Assembly (NCBI GenBank): GCA_016176505.1
Contig: JACOXB010000008.1
Coordinates: forward strand, 984-64,983
Direction of reading: 5' to 3'
DNA: 64,000 nt
From: Candidatus Colwellbacteria bacterium
GTDB lineage: Bacteria; Patescibacteriota; Minisyncoccia; UBA6257; Colwellbacteraceae
The stretch's first letter is position 1, and the number at the start of each line of letters is the position of its first letter. A program made the translations under genes and the position numbers. Below the pieces are notes generated by a model that was not told the DNA's origin, ran no database searches, and saw nothing but the letters and a program-made list of their open reading frames with translations. This document shows positions 1-9,596 of the stretch, piece by piece.

Positions 1-600
1 CCCAACTCCCGGTACGCCAGGAATATTGTCAGAGACGTCGCCGGCCAGACCCTTGTAATCAGCAAGGAGCGTTGGCGGAAGCCCGAATCGCTCTTTGACC
101 GCGGCCTCGTTATAGATAATCGTCTCGCTCACGCCTTTTTTAATTGTCTCAACCACTACCTTGTCACCTTCGACAAGCTGAAAGAGATCAGCATCGCCGG
201 AAAGAGCAATAATCGTAAGGTTCTCTTTGCCTTTAAACCGCTCGGCCAAGGTGGCCACAATGTCGTCAGCTTCCCAGCCTTCGTAATCAAGAGTTTTTAT
301 GCCGAAAGCTGAAAAAACTTCCGGCGCAAGCAAAAGCTGGGCTACTAAGGGTTCGGCTGTCGGCGGTCTTTTGCCCTTATATTCCTTATATTCAGTCGCC
401 CGGATAGTGGTGGTATCATCCCGGTCAAAAGCCGCTAAGGCATACTCTGGCGGCCGCTCCCGCAAGACTTTAATTAGGATGGCCGAAAGCCCGTAAAGAG
501 CGCCGGTTGGCGAACCATCGCTTGAGGTAAACGGCGGCAGAGCATGAAAGGCTCGGTGGATCAGGGAGTTAGCGTCGATTAAGAGTAAGGTTTCTTTCAT
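1..600 (-). CDS. 5'-3' exonuclease (FEN) domain of DNA polymerase I or a stand-alone 5'-3' exonuclease. N-terminal 200 codons only; the gene runs off the window start.
   Basis: Reverse-strand translation from the ATG at 600..598 gives MKETLLLIDANSLIHRAFHALPP...GDADLFQLV, the classic PolA N-terminal exonuclease motifs. There is no stop before position 1. Confidence 0.7.
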   Translation of the reverse strand, partial: MKETLLLIDANSLIHRAFHALPPFTSSDGSPTGALYGLSAILIKVLRERPPEYALAAFDRDDTTTIRATEYKEYKGKRPPTAEPLVAQLLLAPEVFSAFGIKTLDYEGWEADDIVATLAERFKGKENLTIIALSGDADLFQLVEGDKVVVETIKKGVSETIIYNEAAVKERFGLPPTLLADYKGLAGDVSDNIPGVPGVG

Positions 601-1030
601 TTTCTTTTTGGCCGTGTTTAAATCGGAGCCAAATCGTGCCTTGGGGCAGAACCCGTCTCGCCCGATCAGCCCACTCAACAATGATAATATTTTCGGGATT
701 CGCAAGCGCCTCCTTAAGTCCAAATTTATAAAGTTCACCGGGTTTTTGGAGCCGGTAAACATCGAGGTGAAAAACATTTTTAAATCTCTTCCCTTTCGGC
801 AGGACTAATCTTCGCCACAAAAGAAAAGTAGGGCTCATTATTTTTCGCTTGATGCCCAGGGCGTGAATAAAAGCCCGAATAAAAGTGGTTTTACCAGCTC
901 CGAGCTCGCCTACAAGACCGAAAACCAAGGCCTGCTTTCCGGGCTTGGTTTTTAAAACTTCCTGGGCTAATGTCCGGGCTAAGGTTGCTGTCTTCGCTGG
1001 TGAGACCGAAACATAGCTCACTTTTTCCAT
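569..1030 (-). CDS. tsaE: tRNA t6A37 threonylcarbamoyladenosine biosynthesis protein TsaE (YjeE-like P-loop ATPase)
   Basis: 153 aa with the P-loop GLVGELGAGKTTF and TsaE-like length and composition. Confidence 0.75.
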   Translation of the reverse strand: MEKVSYVSVSPAKTATLARTLAQEVLKTKPGKQALVFGLVGELGAGKTTFIRAFIHALGIKRKIMSPTFLLWRRLVLPKGKRFKNVFHLDVYRLQKPGELYKFGLKEALANPENIIIVEWADRARRVLPQGTIWLRFKHGQKENERNLTLNRR

Positions 1031-1533
1031 TCTCCTAAAATATTATTTTTCAAAAGATAACCAATCCCCAGGCTAAGTAGAGCGGCCGGGACCAAGGCAA
1101 TAAAAACCGGATTAAAATTCCAATCAGTTTTGTTAATTTGACCAACTAAGTCTTCGTTTTCAATACTTGTCGCATCCCCGGCATTTCCAACGACTCCAAC
1201 ATCTCCGACATTTTGGACATATCGCGGCGCCACTATAATTTCATCTTCGCCGACTTGACCATAACTAAGCTCATCAGCAACCTTGCCTTGAGGATTTATT
1301 AAAACCAGCTTGTCGCCATCGTTATTCAAACTAATCCGGGTAAGACTATAGGGAAGAATGAGCTCTTCTTGGGGGCTGATTGTCCCGGAAAGATTAAAAG
1401 TTTTGCCGCTTGCGTCGTTAAAGCGCCAGCCTAAGAGATTAACTAACGAATCGCTATCGTTTATTAACTTCACCCACTCAGCTTCAGTATCCCGGCCAAC
1501 TGGGTTTGGTAAAACTTCTTTAAAGTAAGGCAT
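1018..1533 (-). CDS. Hypothetical protein with a C-terminal transmembrane anchor
   Basis: The ORF is 1018..1584. Start chosen at the internal Met (MPYFKE) to limit overlap with the ruvB stop. The C-terminus has a hydrophobic helix (FIALVPAALLSLGIGYLL). Confidence 0.4.
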   Translation of the reverse strand: MPYFKEVLPNPVGRDTEAEWVKLINDSDSLVNLLGWRFNDASGKTFNLSGTISPQEELILPYSLTRISLNNDGDKLVLINPQGKVADELSYGQVGEDEIIVAPRYVQNVGDVGVVGNAGDATSIENEDLVGQINKTDWNFNPVFIALVPAALLSLGIGYLLKNNILGEWKK

Positions 1534-2560
1534 TCTTATCCTGGCTCGTTTTAAGTCCCAGGTGCTCGAGGGCGGCTGGCTCAACTACTCTGCCGGCTGG
1601 TGTGCGCCGCAAAAATCCAAGCCGCATCAAGTAAGGCTCATAAACCTCTTCGATAATACCCTTATCTTCATTTAGAGCCGCGGCCACGGTACTTAAACCA
1701 ACCGGACCGCCACTGAATTTCTGACTAATGGTTTTAAGCAAAAGCCGATCGTGATTTTCAAGCCCTAAAGAATCGATTTCTAAGTACTCCAAAGTTTTCT
1801 CGGCAACGTTTTCGGTAATTTTATTCACACCATTCACCTGGGCATAGTCTCTGGCTCGCCGCAAAAGGCGATTAGCTGTTCTCGGCGTAAAGCGAGCCGC
1901 GAGGGCCAGGGTCCGGACAGCGCCCGACTCAATCTCAATGCCTAAAATTTTAGCTGACCGCTTAATAATCGCCTCAATATCTTCAAGTTCGTAATAATCA
2001 ATCTTAACCGTGGCGCCGAAACGGGAGCGAAGCGGAGAGGATAAAAGATTAATTCTTGTTGTCGCCGCAATTAAGGTAAAAGGCGGGAGATCAATCGAAA
2101 TAGTCCTTGCTCCTGGACCTTTGCCAATCACAATATGAAGCTTGCGGCTTTCCATAGCCGAATAGAGCACCTCCTCAATCAGCCGGTTCAAACGATGGGC
2201 CTCATCAATAAAAAGAATTTCATGGTGCTCAAGATTACTTAGAATAGCGGCTAAGTCGCCGGCCCGTTCGATCGCCGGCCCAGTGGTGGTCTTAATCGAG
2301 GCCGCCATTTCGCGAGCCACAAGCCGAGCTAAAGTGGTTTTCCCAAGACCGGCCTGACCGTAAAGCAAAAGGTGGTCAACCGGTTCGCCTCGATTTCGAG
2401 CCGCCTCAATAATAATCTGGAGGTTTCTTTTGATCTTCTCCTGACCAATATATTCTTCCCAGCGTTCTGGCCGGAGAAGCACATCAATTGCTTGATCCTC
2501 TTCGATTTTTCCCTCCCCGCCTGTTGGCGAAGCAGGTTTTTGCCTAGGTTTTCCCGCCAT
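1520..2560 (-). CDS. ruvB: Holliday junction branch migration helicase RuvB
   Basis: 346 aa with Walker A GQAGLGKTTLA and the full-length RuvB AAA+ pattern. Confidence 0.95.
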   Translation of the reverse strand: MAGKPRQKPASPTGGEGKIEEDQAIDVLLRPERWEEYIGQEKIKRNLQIIIEAARNRGEPVDHLLLYGQAGLGKTTLARLVAREMAASIKTTTGPAIERAGDLAAILSNLEHHEILFIDEAHRLNRLIEEVLYSAMESRKLHIVIGKGPGARTISIDLPPFTLIAATTRINLLSSPLRSRFGATVKIDYYELEDIEAIIKRSAKILGIEIESGAVRTLALAARFTPRTANRLLRRARDYAQVNGVNKITENVAEKTLEYLEIDSLGLENHDRLLLKTISQKFSGGPVGLSTVAAALNEDKGIIEEVYEPYLMRLGFLRRTPAGRVVEPAALEHLGLKTSQDKNALL

Positions 2561-2583
2561 TTTATGCTGAGTTTATCGAAGTA

Positions 2584-2612
2584 TTGACAATACGTTTATT
2601 CTATGTTAAGAT
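2584..2612 (+). promoter_or_regulatory. Sigma-70-like promoter: TTGACA, 17-nt spacer, TG-extended TAAGAT
   Basis: TTGACA at 2584-2589, 17-nt spacer, then tgtTAAGAT at 2607-2612. It points into the structured element at 2617-2756. Confidence 0.4.
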
Positions 2613-2616
2613 GACT

Positions 2617-2756
2617 TTCGAAGCTAGAAGTCTGCGGGTAGCCGGACAATCTCTAGTTTAGGACGGCCTGGTTCCGACTGGGCCGCTCCTCGAGTAGTTC
2701 CGGTCTCGAGTCGCCTATGACTTACCCTAAGTACCCGCAGTCTTCTGGCTTTCGAA
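2617..2756 (+). ncRNA. Candidate structured small RNA (~140 nt) closed by a ~24-bp imperfect terminal helix. Class not identified.
   Basis: ttcgaaGCTAGAAGTCTGCGGGTA at 2617-2640 pairs with TACCCGCAGTCTTCTGGCtttcgaa at 2732-2756. Internal local hairpins are present. It starts about 6 nt after the -10 box above. The 3' arm overlaps the last codons of pilB on the other strand. Confidence 0.25.
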
Positions 2757-4448
2757 CCAACCAATCGGTCCGCTCGCTCGAATCACCTCTTCCAAACTGG
2801 TCACGCCCTGGAGCGCTTTCAAGACGCCGTCTTCCTGCATCGTTACCATTCCCTTCTTCCTCGCCGCTTGTTCAATCTCAGATTCGGTTGCTCCTTCTTT
2901 CATTAAAAGATCGAGGGGGGTTCCGCCTCCGCCGGATTCAAATAATTCGAAAATGCCGACCTGCCCCCGATAGCCTTCTTCGCAACGATTACAACCCTTA
3001 CCAGGTTCGTAAATCTTAGCGTCTCGGAGGGAACGGGCAGAACCAGAGACTCGCTCGGGCAGGCTTTTTAAAAATTCCTCAATCTTAATTCTCGCCGGCT
3101 CCTCTATTTTAAGCTCTTCCCGGCAGTAAGGACAGAGACGCCTAACCAGTCTTTGGGCGATAACAATAATCAGAGCCGGACCAATCACGCCTGGCTTCAC
3201 CCCCAAGTCAACCAAGCGAGGAATAGCGCCCGAGGCATTATTAGTATGAAGGGTTGAAAAAACTAGGTGACCAGTGAGAGCCGCGTGAATCGCGGTTTCG
3301 GCAGTTTCTAAGTCTCTTATCTCGCCAACGAGAATTATGTCCGGATCCTGCCTCAGGATCGAACGAAGTCCGGCCACAAAAGTATAGCCGGATTCAAGAT
3401 CAACCTCGGTCTGCTCAATGCCTGAAAGGTGGTACTCAATCGGATCCTCAACCGTGATAATTTTCAGGGCCGGAGTTTTAACTTTAGCGAGAAAAGCATA
3501 GAGAGTGGTGGTCTTGCCCGAACCAGTGGGACCGGTAACCAAAACCATGCCGTTCGGCCGGGCCAGGGCCGCCGTAATCACTTTTTCGTCATCAGACCTG
3601 AAGCCTAAATCTTTCAGGGTTAAAACAATCTTTCGCGGGTCAAGAATTCTCATCACCACCGCCTCGCCAAACTCGGCCGGCACCACCGAAGCTCTTACCT
3701 CAACCTCGCCTTCATCGCCTGAAACAGTAAAGCGTCCGTCTTGAGGGCTATCAGTCACATTTAATTTGAGTTTGGCAAAAAGCTTAATCCGGCTCGTTAA
3801 TCTTTCGGCTATTTCGGCTGGAACTTGATTCACATCTTTTAGGAGGCCGTCGATCCGAAAGCGGATTGAAGTACCGCCTTCGGAGTGCGGTTCAAGATGA
3901 ACGTCAGAGGCCCCGAGCACTAAAGCTGAGGCGAAAATGGCTTCAACTAGCTGGCTGGTCGGCCCTTCTTTTTTTGAACTAATAAAGTCTGTGGCAAGAG
4001 TAGTAGTTTTCGCCGAGGTCCTCGCCGCATCTAAAATTGACTTAGTTAAGGCGGCCTCGGCTGTCACTGGTTTTTTGCCCAGTCCGAGGCGCTTCGCTTC
4101 TTTAAGATAACGAGCCCAAAGGGATTCAAGCCCTTTAAGCGAAGCAATTACTAAATTCACTTCGTAGCCGCGGGTTTTTAAATTCCCGAGGAGTTCTTTA
4201 AGCTCTGGCCGGAGCGAGCTGTAAATCGCAAGGGTTAATTTCTCTTTTTTAGCCTCGATCGGGATGGCCTTCGCCTGCCGTTCTTCTTCCTCGGTTAAAA
4301 GTAGTAAGGCCGCCGAGTCAACGGCGGTTTCCGCGAGATTAAGATAGGGAAAGCCCTCGGCTTGGGCCCTCCGTCTCGCATCTCTTTCCTCAGCGGCTTC
4401 GTTAAAAGAAGTGATTTTAGAGACAAGGGTATCTCTAGATAAGCGCAT
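2727..4448 (-). CDS. pilB: Type IV pilus assembly / type II secretion ATPase (PilB/GspE family)
   Basis: 573 aa with Walker A LVTGPTGSGKTTT, a tetracysteine CPYC...CNRC motif and an N-terminal GspE_N-like region. Confidence 0.85.
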   Translation of the reverse strand: MRLSRDTLVSKITSFNEAAEERDARRRAQAEGFPYLNLAETAVDSAALLLLTEEEERQAKAIPIEAKKEKLTLAIYSSLRPELKELLGNLKTRGYEVNLVIASLKGLESLWARYLKEAKRLGLGKKPVTAEAALTKSILDAARTSAKTTTLATDFISSKKEGPTSQLVEAIFASALVLGASDVHLEPHSEGGTSIRFRIDGLLKDVNQVPAEIAERLTSRIKLFAKLKLNVTDSPQDGRFTVSGDEGEVEVRASVVPAEFGEAVVMRILDPRKIVLTLKDLGFRSDDEKVITAALARPNGMVLVTGPTGSGKTTTLYAFLAKVKTPALKIITVEDPIEYHLSGIEQTEVDLESGYTFVAGLRSILRQDPDIILVGEIRDLETAETAIHAALTGHLVFSTLHTNNASGAIPRLVDLGVKPGVIGPALIIVIAQRLVRRLCPYCREELKIEEPARIKIEEFLKSLPERVSGSARSLRDAKIYEPGKGCNRCEEGYRGQVGIFELFESGGGGTPLDLLMKEGATESEIEQAARKKGMVTMQEDGVLKALQGVTSLEEVIRASGPIGWFESQKTAGT

Positions 4449-4498
4449 ACTCTTGTAATAAGATTACAGCGAAAAAGTAAAAGCTAAAAGCGGGCTTT

Positions 4499-5032
4499 AT
4501 GGCTGGTCACAGCAAGTGGAAACAAATTAAACATAAAAAGGAGGCCTCGGATAAAGACCGAAGCCGACTTTTTTCGAAGTTGACAAATATTATCCAGGTG
4601 GCGGCGCGAGGTGGGGCTGATCCAGAGTTCAACCCGGTTCTCCGAAACGCGATTGCCCAAGCTAAGCGTCAGAATCTACCTCAGGCAACAATTGAACGAG
4701 CTATCCAAAAAGCAAAAAGCGCGGCCGATGCGCTCGAGACCCTAACAATCGAGGCTTACGGCCCAGAGGGGATTGGTCTTTTAGTCGAGGCCATCACCGA
4801 TAACCGGAACCGAACCATGAACGAGCTAAAATCACTTTTTAAAAATTACGAAACGAAGTTGGCTGAGCCCGGTAGTTTAAGCTGGGCTTTCGAAAAAACC
4901 GAGGACGGCTACGAGGCCAAATTTAAACGGGTTGCTTCCGAAGAGTCGCGGGAGAAGATTGGAGGCCTTACCCGCGCGCTCGAGGATCGGGACGACGTTA
5001 AGTCGGTTTATTCTTCAATCGCTGAGGTTTAA
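4499..5032 (+). CDS. yebC: YebC/PmpR family DNA-binding transcriptional regulator (short form)
   Basis: N-terminus MAGHSKWKQIKHKK...RNAIAQAKRQNLP is the YebC signature. Confidence 0.85.
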   Translation: MAGHSKWKQIKHKKEASDKDRSRLFSKLTNIIQVAARGGADPEFNPVLRNAIAQAKRQNLPQATIERAIQKAKSAADALETLTIEAYGPEGIGLLVEAITDNRNRTMNELKSLFKNYETKLAEPGSLSWAFEKTEDGYEAKFKRVASEESREKIGGLTRALEDRDDVKSVYSSIAEV

Positions 5033-5515
5033 ATGATTATCTTGGGATTAGATCCTGGCACGACTCGGGTAGGATATGGCGTCATCGAGGCCCAAAAGGG
5101 AAAGCTCAATTTAATTAAATGCGGTCTTATTGGTGAGGTAAGCGCCGATCAGGCCGAACGCCTGAGGATCGTCGAGAAAGAACTTGGAAAAATTATTAAA
5201 ACCCATAAACCAGTTCTTATCGGCATCGAGAAAATCTATTTTTCTAAAAACCGGAAAACGGCAATGAGCGTGGCCGAAGCAAGAGGAGTGATGATTGCCC
5301 TGGCCGGCCGTCATAATATTCCGGTGCTTGAATTTGGTCCGAGCGAGGTGAAAAAGATCGTTACCGGCAGCGGCGCCGCCACTAAAGAGATGGTCGGCCG
5401 AATAGTAGCCTTGACTTTAAACCTTAAAACCCCGCCTCGGCCTGACGATGTTTCCGACGCCTTAGCCATCGCAATTATGGCCACATTTCACCCCTTGACA
5501 AGGAAAACCCCCTAG
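5033..5515 (+). CDS. ruvC: Crossover junction endodeoxyribonuclease RuvC
   Basis: MIILGLDPGTTRVGYGVIE... is the RuvC N-terminal catalytic-Asp motif; 160 aa. Confidence 0.9.
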   Translation: MIILGLDPGTTRVGYGVIEAQKGKLNLIKCGLIGEVSADQAERLRIVEKELGKIIKTHKPVLIGIEKIYFSKNRKTAMSVAEARGVMIALAGRHNIPVLEFGPSEVKKIVTGSGAATKEMVGRIVALTLNLKTPPRPDDVSDALAIAIMATFHPLTRKTP

Positions 5516-5581
5516 CTATACTTTGCCTAGCCTATGAGCTTAAAAGGTCGCTGATTAATCTTTTTTTAGCTTATACGACTT

Positions 5582-5749
5582 ATGACCGACCTTAAAGAAT
5601 TGGTCCTCCAAGACGAAGAAGAAGACCTCGACGAAACCGCGGACGAGACGACCGAAGAAACTAAGGAAAATAAGGACGGGGAGGAAAACGAGGATTCTGA
5701 AGCCAAAGACGACGAAGAGAAAGACGACGAAGAGGACGAAAGCTACTAA
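5582..5749 (+). CDS. Small (55 aa) extremely acidic D/E-rich protein; hypothetical
   Basis: The ATG at 5582 translates to MTDLKELVLQDEEEDLDETADETTEETKENKDGEENEDSEAKDDEEKDDEEDESY*. It is below the 60-aa ORF-track cutoff and is followed immediately by a terminator hairpin. Confidence 0.35.
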   Translation: MTDLKELVLQDEEEDLDETADETTEETKENKDGEENEDSEAKDDEEKDDEEDESY

Positions 5750-5753
5750 AAAT

Positions 5754-5797
5754 TATCGAGCACTCAAGTCTGTTGAGTGCTCGATAATTTTATTATC
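5754..5797 (+). terminator. Rho-independent terminator after the acidic ORF
   Basis: TATCGAGCACTCAA-gtctg-TTGAGTGCTCGATA is a perfect 14-bp stem, followed by ATTTTATTATC. Confidence 0.5.
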
Positions 5798-5805
5798 ATA
5801 AAGAC

Positions 5806-8256
5806 GTGCTTAAAGACGCCTTTCGCTGGCTAGGACAAAAACGAGTCAAGACTCAGATCTTAATCGGCCTTGCCGGTTTAGTCTTAGCGGGCGGCATTTT
5901 TACTTTTCGGGTTTTTGCGAGTCTGCCCAAAACTGAGGAAATCGGCGAGCTTCGAGTTCCCGAATCAACTAAAATTTATGACCGGACTGACGAAACTCTG
6001 CTTTACGAAGTTTACGGTGAGGCTAAACGAACCGTTATCCCGCCTGACGAGATCCCGGACCGTTTGAGGCAAGCCACGATTGCGATTGAGGACAACTCGT
6101 TTTACAGCCATCCGGCTTTCGACTGGCGCGGCATTGTAAGAGCAGTCGGCGTCAATCTCTTACGGGGCGAGTTTGCCCAAGGCGGTTCAACTATTACCCA
6201 ACAGCTCGCAAGGAGCGCTTTTCTTACTTCGGAGAAAACTATTACTCGAAAAATCAAGGAGCTTGTTTTAGCTAATCGCCTAGAAAATGAATACAGCAAG
6301 GACGAAATCCTTGATCTTTATTTGAACCAGGTTTCTTATGGTCCGAATATTTATGGAGTCGAGACCGCTTCCCAGGCTTACTTTAACAAAGGCGCTAAGG
6401 ATTTAAGCCTGAACGAGGTTGTAACTTTGGTGGCTCTGCCCCGTTCGCCCAGTTATTACTCGCCTTGGGGTAATCATTTAAAAGAACTGGAAGATCGGAA
6501 AAACTTTATTGCCCGCCGGATGCGGGAGCTCGGTTATATTGACGAGGCTGAGCTTGCCTCAATCAACACGGTCCTACCCGAGATTGCCGAGCGACCTCGC
6601 GAAGGAATTAGGGCGCCGCACTTCTCCCTCTATATCCAGGATTATCTCCAGGAAAAATACGGCGAAGAAGCTTTGCAAAGAGAAGGCTTTAGGGTAACTA
6701 CGAGTCTTAGCTGGGAACTGCAAGAAATCGCCGAGGAAGCGGTAAAAAACGGGGTTGAAAGAAATGACCGGCTCTATGGCGGCTCAAACGGAGCTTTAGT
6801 CGCGATGGATCCTCAGACTGGTCAGATCTTGGCCTTAGTTGGTTCAAAAGACTATTTTGGCGATTCTAAGCCTGACGGCTGTGAAGAAGGCAGGACTTGC
6901 ACTTTTGAAGGCAATTTTAATGTGGCGATGCAGGGTCTAAGGCAGCCTGGTTCAGCGCTTAAGCCGTTTGCTTATCTCACTGCTTTTTCTAAAGGGCTCA
7001 CGCCCGAAACGATTGTTTGGGATGCGCCGACTGAATTTAATACTTCCTGCTCGACAAGTTTTACTCCGGGGGTAAGAACTCCTGGCTGTTATCATCCTTC
7101 TAACTTTGATGGCCTGTTCCGCGGACCAGTAATGTTTAAAGAGGGCTTGGCCCAATCAATCAACGTGCCATCGGTCAAGGTGCTTTATCTCGCTGGCCTC
7201 TACGACACTATCGATACTCTTTCGCGTTTCGGTATCACCACCTTAACTGATCCTAATCGCTATGGACTTTCTCTGGTGCTTGGCGGCGGTGAAATAAAAT
7301 TAATCGAACTGGTTGGGGCTTACTCAACCCTCGCGGCTGATGGAGTTTATCACGAACCGGTGACGATTCTAAAAATCGAAAACAATAAGGGTGAGGTGCT
7401 TGAAGAATATAAAGAGGAAGGGAATAAAGGCGAGAATGTAGTTGATCCCCAGCTTGCAAGACAAATTAATGACATTCTCTCAGACGTCTCGCTCCGAGCG
7501 CCGCTTTTCCACGCAAGCCTATCGCAGACTCAGGTACCCGGGTTTCAAGTGGCTTTAAAAACCGGAACCACTGATGACTATAAAGATGCTTGGGCTTTTG
7601 GTTACGCCCCGAATCTCGTAGTTGGCGTTTGGGCTGGCAACAACAATCGGATTTCTCTCCAAAGCCAGGGTTCGAGCATCCTGGCTGCTATTCCAATGTG
7701 GCATGATTTCATGTCAAAGGCTCTGCCTAAATTCCCAGCGGTTGGCTTTAACCATCCGGCGCCGACCCAAACCTCAAATCCAATTCTTCGGGGAGAACTG
7801 GTTGATGACGGTTTCCACAGTATTCTTTATTACCTTAATCGGGTAGGCGATTCCCAGTACTCGCACTGGGAAACCGGTATTAGAAATTGGCTCGCGACCC
7901 ACTCAGTTGATCTTTCTAGATTTAATGTAGTTGATGCGGGTGAAGGATTTGGTCCGGGCGAAGCTGGAGGTGAGGGTGAAATTAATCTCCGGATAGACGA
8001 ACCGGAGAATGGCGACTTTATTGACTCCGGTATCGCAATTAGCTTTAGGGCTGACTCCGAACGACCGATCAGTAAAATCGAGGTTTATTTTAACGACCGC
8101 TTGATAGCGACCGAATACGGCGACTTAGGTAAGAAGCCAAAATACGAAACGGTAATTAACCCGAAAAACATTGAACTCCAAAACTCGCTCGTAATTAGAG
8201 TGGTTGACGAAGAGGGGTTAAGAGAAGAGAGGGAGCTAATTCTTTACCGTAGGTAG
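5806..8256 (+). CDS. Class A penicillin-binding protein 1A (glycosyltransferase plus transpeptidase)
   Basis: 816 aa with a GTG start and an N-terminal TM helix. GT51 motifs (EDNSFYSHPAFD, QGGSTITQQLA) precede the transpeptidase motifs (SALKPF, KTGTT). Confidence 0.9.
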   Translation: MLKDAFRWLGQKRVKTQILIGLAGLVLAGGIFTFRVFASLPKTEEIGELRVPESTKIYDRTDETLLYEVYGEAKRTVIPPDEIPDRLRQATIAIEDNSFYSHPAFDWRGIVRAVGVNLLRGEFAQGGSTITQQLARSAFLTSEKTITRKIKELVLANRLENEYSKDEILDLYLNQVSYGPNIYGVETASQAYFNKGAKDLSLNEVVTLVALPRSPSYYSPWGNHLKELEDRKNFIARRMRELGYIDEAELASINTVLPEIAERPREGIRAPHFSLYIQDYLQEKYGEEALQREGFRVTTSLSWELQEIAEEAVKNGVERNDRLYGGSNGALVAMDPQTGQILALVGSKDYFGDSKPDGCEEGRTCTFEGNFNVAMQGLRQPGSALKPFAYLTAFSKGLTPETIVWDAPTEFNTSCSTSFTPGVRTPGCYHPSNFDGLFRGPVMFKEGLAQSINVPSVKVLYLAGLYDTIDTLSRFGITTLTDPNRYGLSLVLGGGEIKLIELVGAYSTLAADGVYHEPVTILKIENNKGEVLEEYKEEGNKGENVVDPQLARQINDILSDVSLRAPLFHASLSQTQVPGFQVALKTGTTDDYKDAWAFGYAPNLVVGVWAGNNNRISLQSQGSSILAAIPMWHDFMSKALPKFPAVGFNHPAPTQTSNPILRGELVDDGFHSILYYLNRVGDSQYSHWETGIRNWLATHSVDLSRFNVVDAGEGFGPGEAGGEGEINLRIDEPENGDFIDSGIAISFRADSERPISKIEVYFNDRLIATEYGDLGKKPKYETVINPKNIELQNSLVIRVVDEEGLREERELILYRR

Positions 8257-8260
8257 CCCC

Positions 8261-9397
8261 TCAGCTAGCCAGGCTCTTCACCGGCATTAAAATATAAAAG
8301 TAGCTTATGTCTCCTGGTGTTCTAATCACTGCCGGCTTCTCATCCCCGTTTAAGCCAAGCATTACTTCTTCACTCTCGCCCGAGCGAATGCCATCGAGGA
8401 GATAGCGCCAGTTAAAAGAGACTGTTAGGGGCTCGTCTCCTTTTGCCGTCTCACCAGATATCTTAGCTGGTAAAAGATAATTATTTTCGCCAACCGCGTT
8501 GTCAGCCGAATAAACCTCAAGTATTTTTTTGTCTTTAATCCTTAATTTAACTTCGTTTGTTCTTGAGGCAAAAAGTCCGGAGAGCTTTAGAGCGCCGCTA
8601 AGCTCGCTCCGGTTCACTAAAATCTCGGTTAGAATCTCTTTCGGCACAATCGCGTCGTAGTCAGGGAATTTACCTTCGATAATCCGAGAGACAATCTCGA
8701 GCTCTTCAGCCTCAAAAAGCACCTGATTATTATTAAGATAAATATGAACACCGCCATCTTCTTTAATGCTTCTTGATAACTCTTGGGCGGTTTTTAAAGG
8801 GACGATAAGGTCGGCAACTTGCTTGTTTTTATTTTTAATCTGACTGCTGGATATCTTGGCTTCGGCTAAACGGAAGCTGTCGGTCGCGACAAGCTTCAGC
8901 CCGCTTGTTTCGATCGAGAAAAGCACGCCGCTAATCTCTGGCCGAAGCTCGGAGATTTCTCCAGCCACCACCACCCGGTTTAGAGCATCGCGGAGAGGTC
9001 CTGCGCTCGTCTCAATCAACTCTTCTTTTTTCTCGGTTCGAGGGATAACCGGAAAATCGCTCTCATCAATTCCCTCGCACTTGGCCTCGTAGTTGTCGGT
9101 TTTCAAAACCAGATTATTCTTTTTGTCGGTTTCGAGACTAACCCTTTCACTTGAGAGGCCGGCTACAATACCAGCGAGGAGTCCGTAGGGAACCGTAATC
9201 CCGCCTTCCTCAACCACTTTTCCGGAAATGTTTTTAGTAATCGCGAGCTCAAGGTTGGTGGCCGAGAGTCTGATCTTATTGTTTTCGGACTTAATCAAAA
9301 CATTCCCCAAAACCGGCAAATTAAGGGCCGAGCCGACTGCCCGGCCAACCAGATCTAAACCAAGCTTCAAATTATTTTTTAAAACAACTAATTTCAT
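8261..9397 (-). CDS. dnaN: DNA polymerase III beta sliding clamp
   Basis: 378 aa with DnaN three-domain organisation, immediately downstream of dnaA. The stop codon is TGA. Confidence 0.9.
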   Translation of the reverse strand: MKLVVLKNNLKLGLDLVGRAVGSALNLPVLGNVLIKSENNKIRLSATNLELAITKNISGKVVEEGGITVPYGLLAGIVAGLSSERVSLETDKKNNLVLKTDNYEAKCEGIDESDFPVIPRTEKKEELIETSAGPLRDALNRVVVAGEISELRPEISGVLFSIETSGLKLVATDSFRLAEAKISSSQIKNKNKQVADLIVPLKTAQELSRSIKEDGGVHIYLNNNQVLFEAEELEIVSRIIEGKFPDYDAIVPKEILTEILVNRSELSGALKLSGLFASRTNEVKLRIKDKKILEVYSADNAVGENNYLLPAKISGETAKGDEPLTVSFNWRYLLDGIRSGESEEVMLGLNGDEKPAVIRTPGDISYFYILMPVKSLAS

Positions 9398-9596
9398 AAA
9401 GTTAATTTTTATTTAGTAGTTGTTAGCTAGGCGTTTAGTTCGGGATAAATCAATTTATTGTTTAGTTGAAAGGGGTTTTGGAGTTTTGGTTGGTTAATAT
9501 GATCTGGATAAGGGGCGATGTTTCTTGGGGACTCACGGGGAAGAACTTTTAGAGAAGCTAAAAACTAATTTTTTATTCCCCAAGCCATCCACCACT
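9398..9596. promoter_or_regulatory. Candidate oriC: AT-rich dnaA-dnaN intergenic region with degenerate DnaA-box-like motifs
   Basis: AT-rich 199 bp containing cTGGATAAg and GGGATAAAT (partial TGTGGATAA matches). The context is the conserved rpmH-rnpA-yidC-jag / dnaA-dnaN arrangement. Confidence 0.3.
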
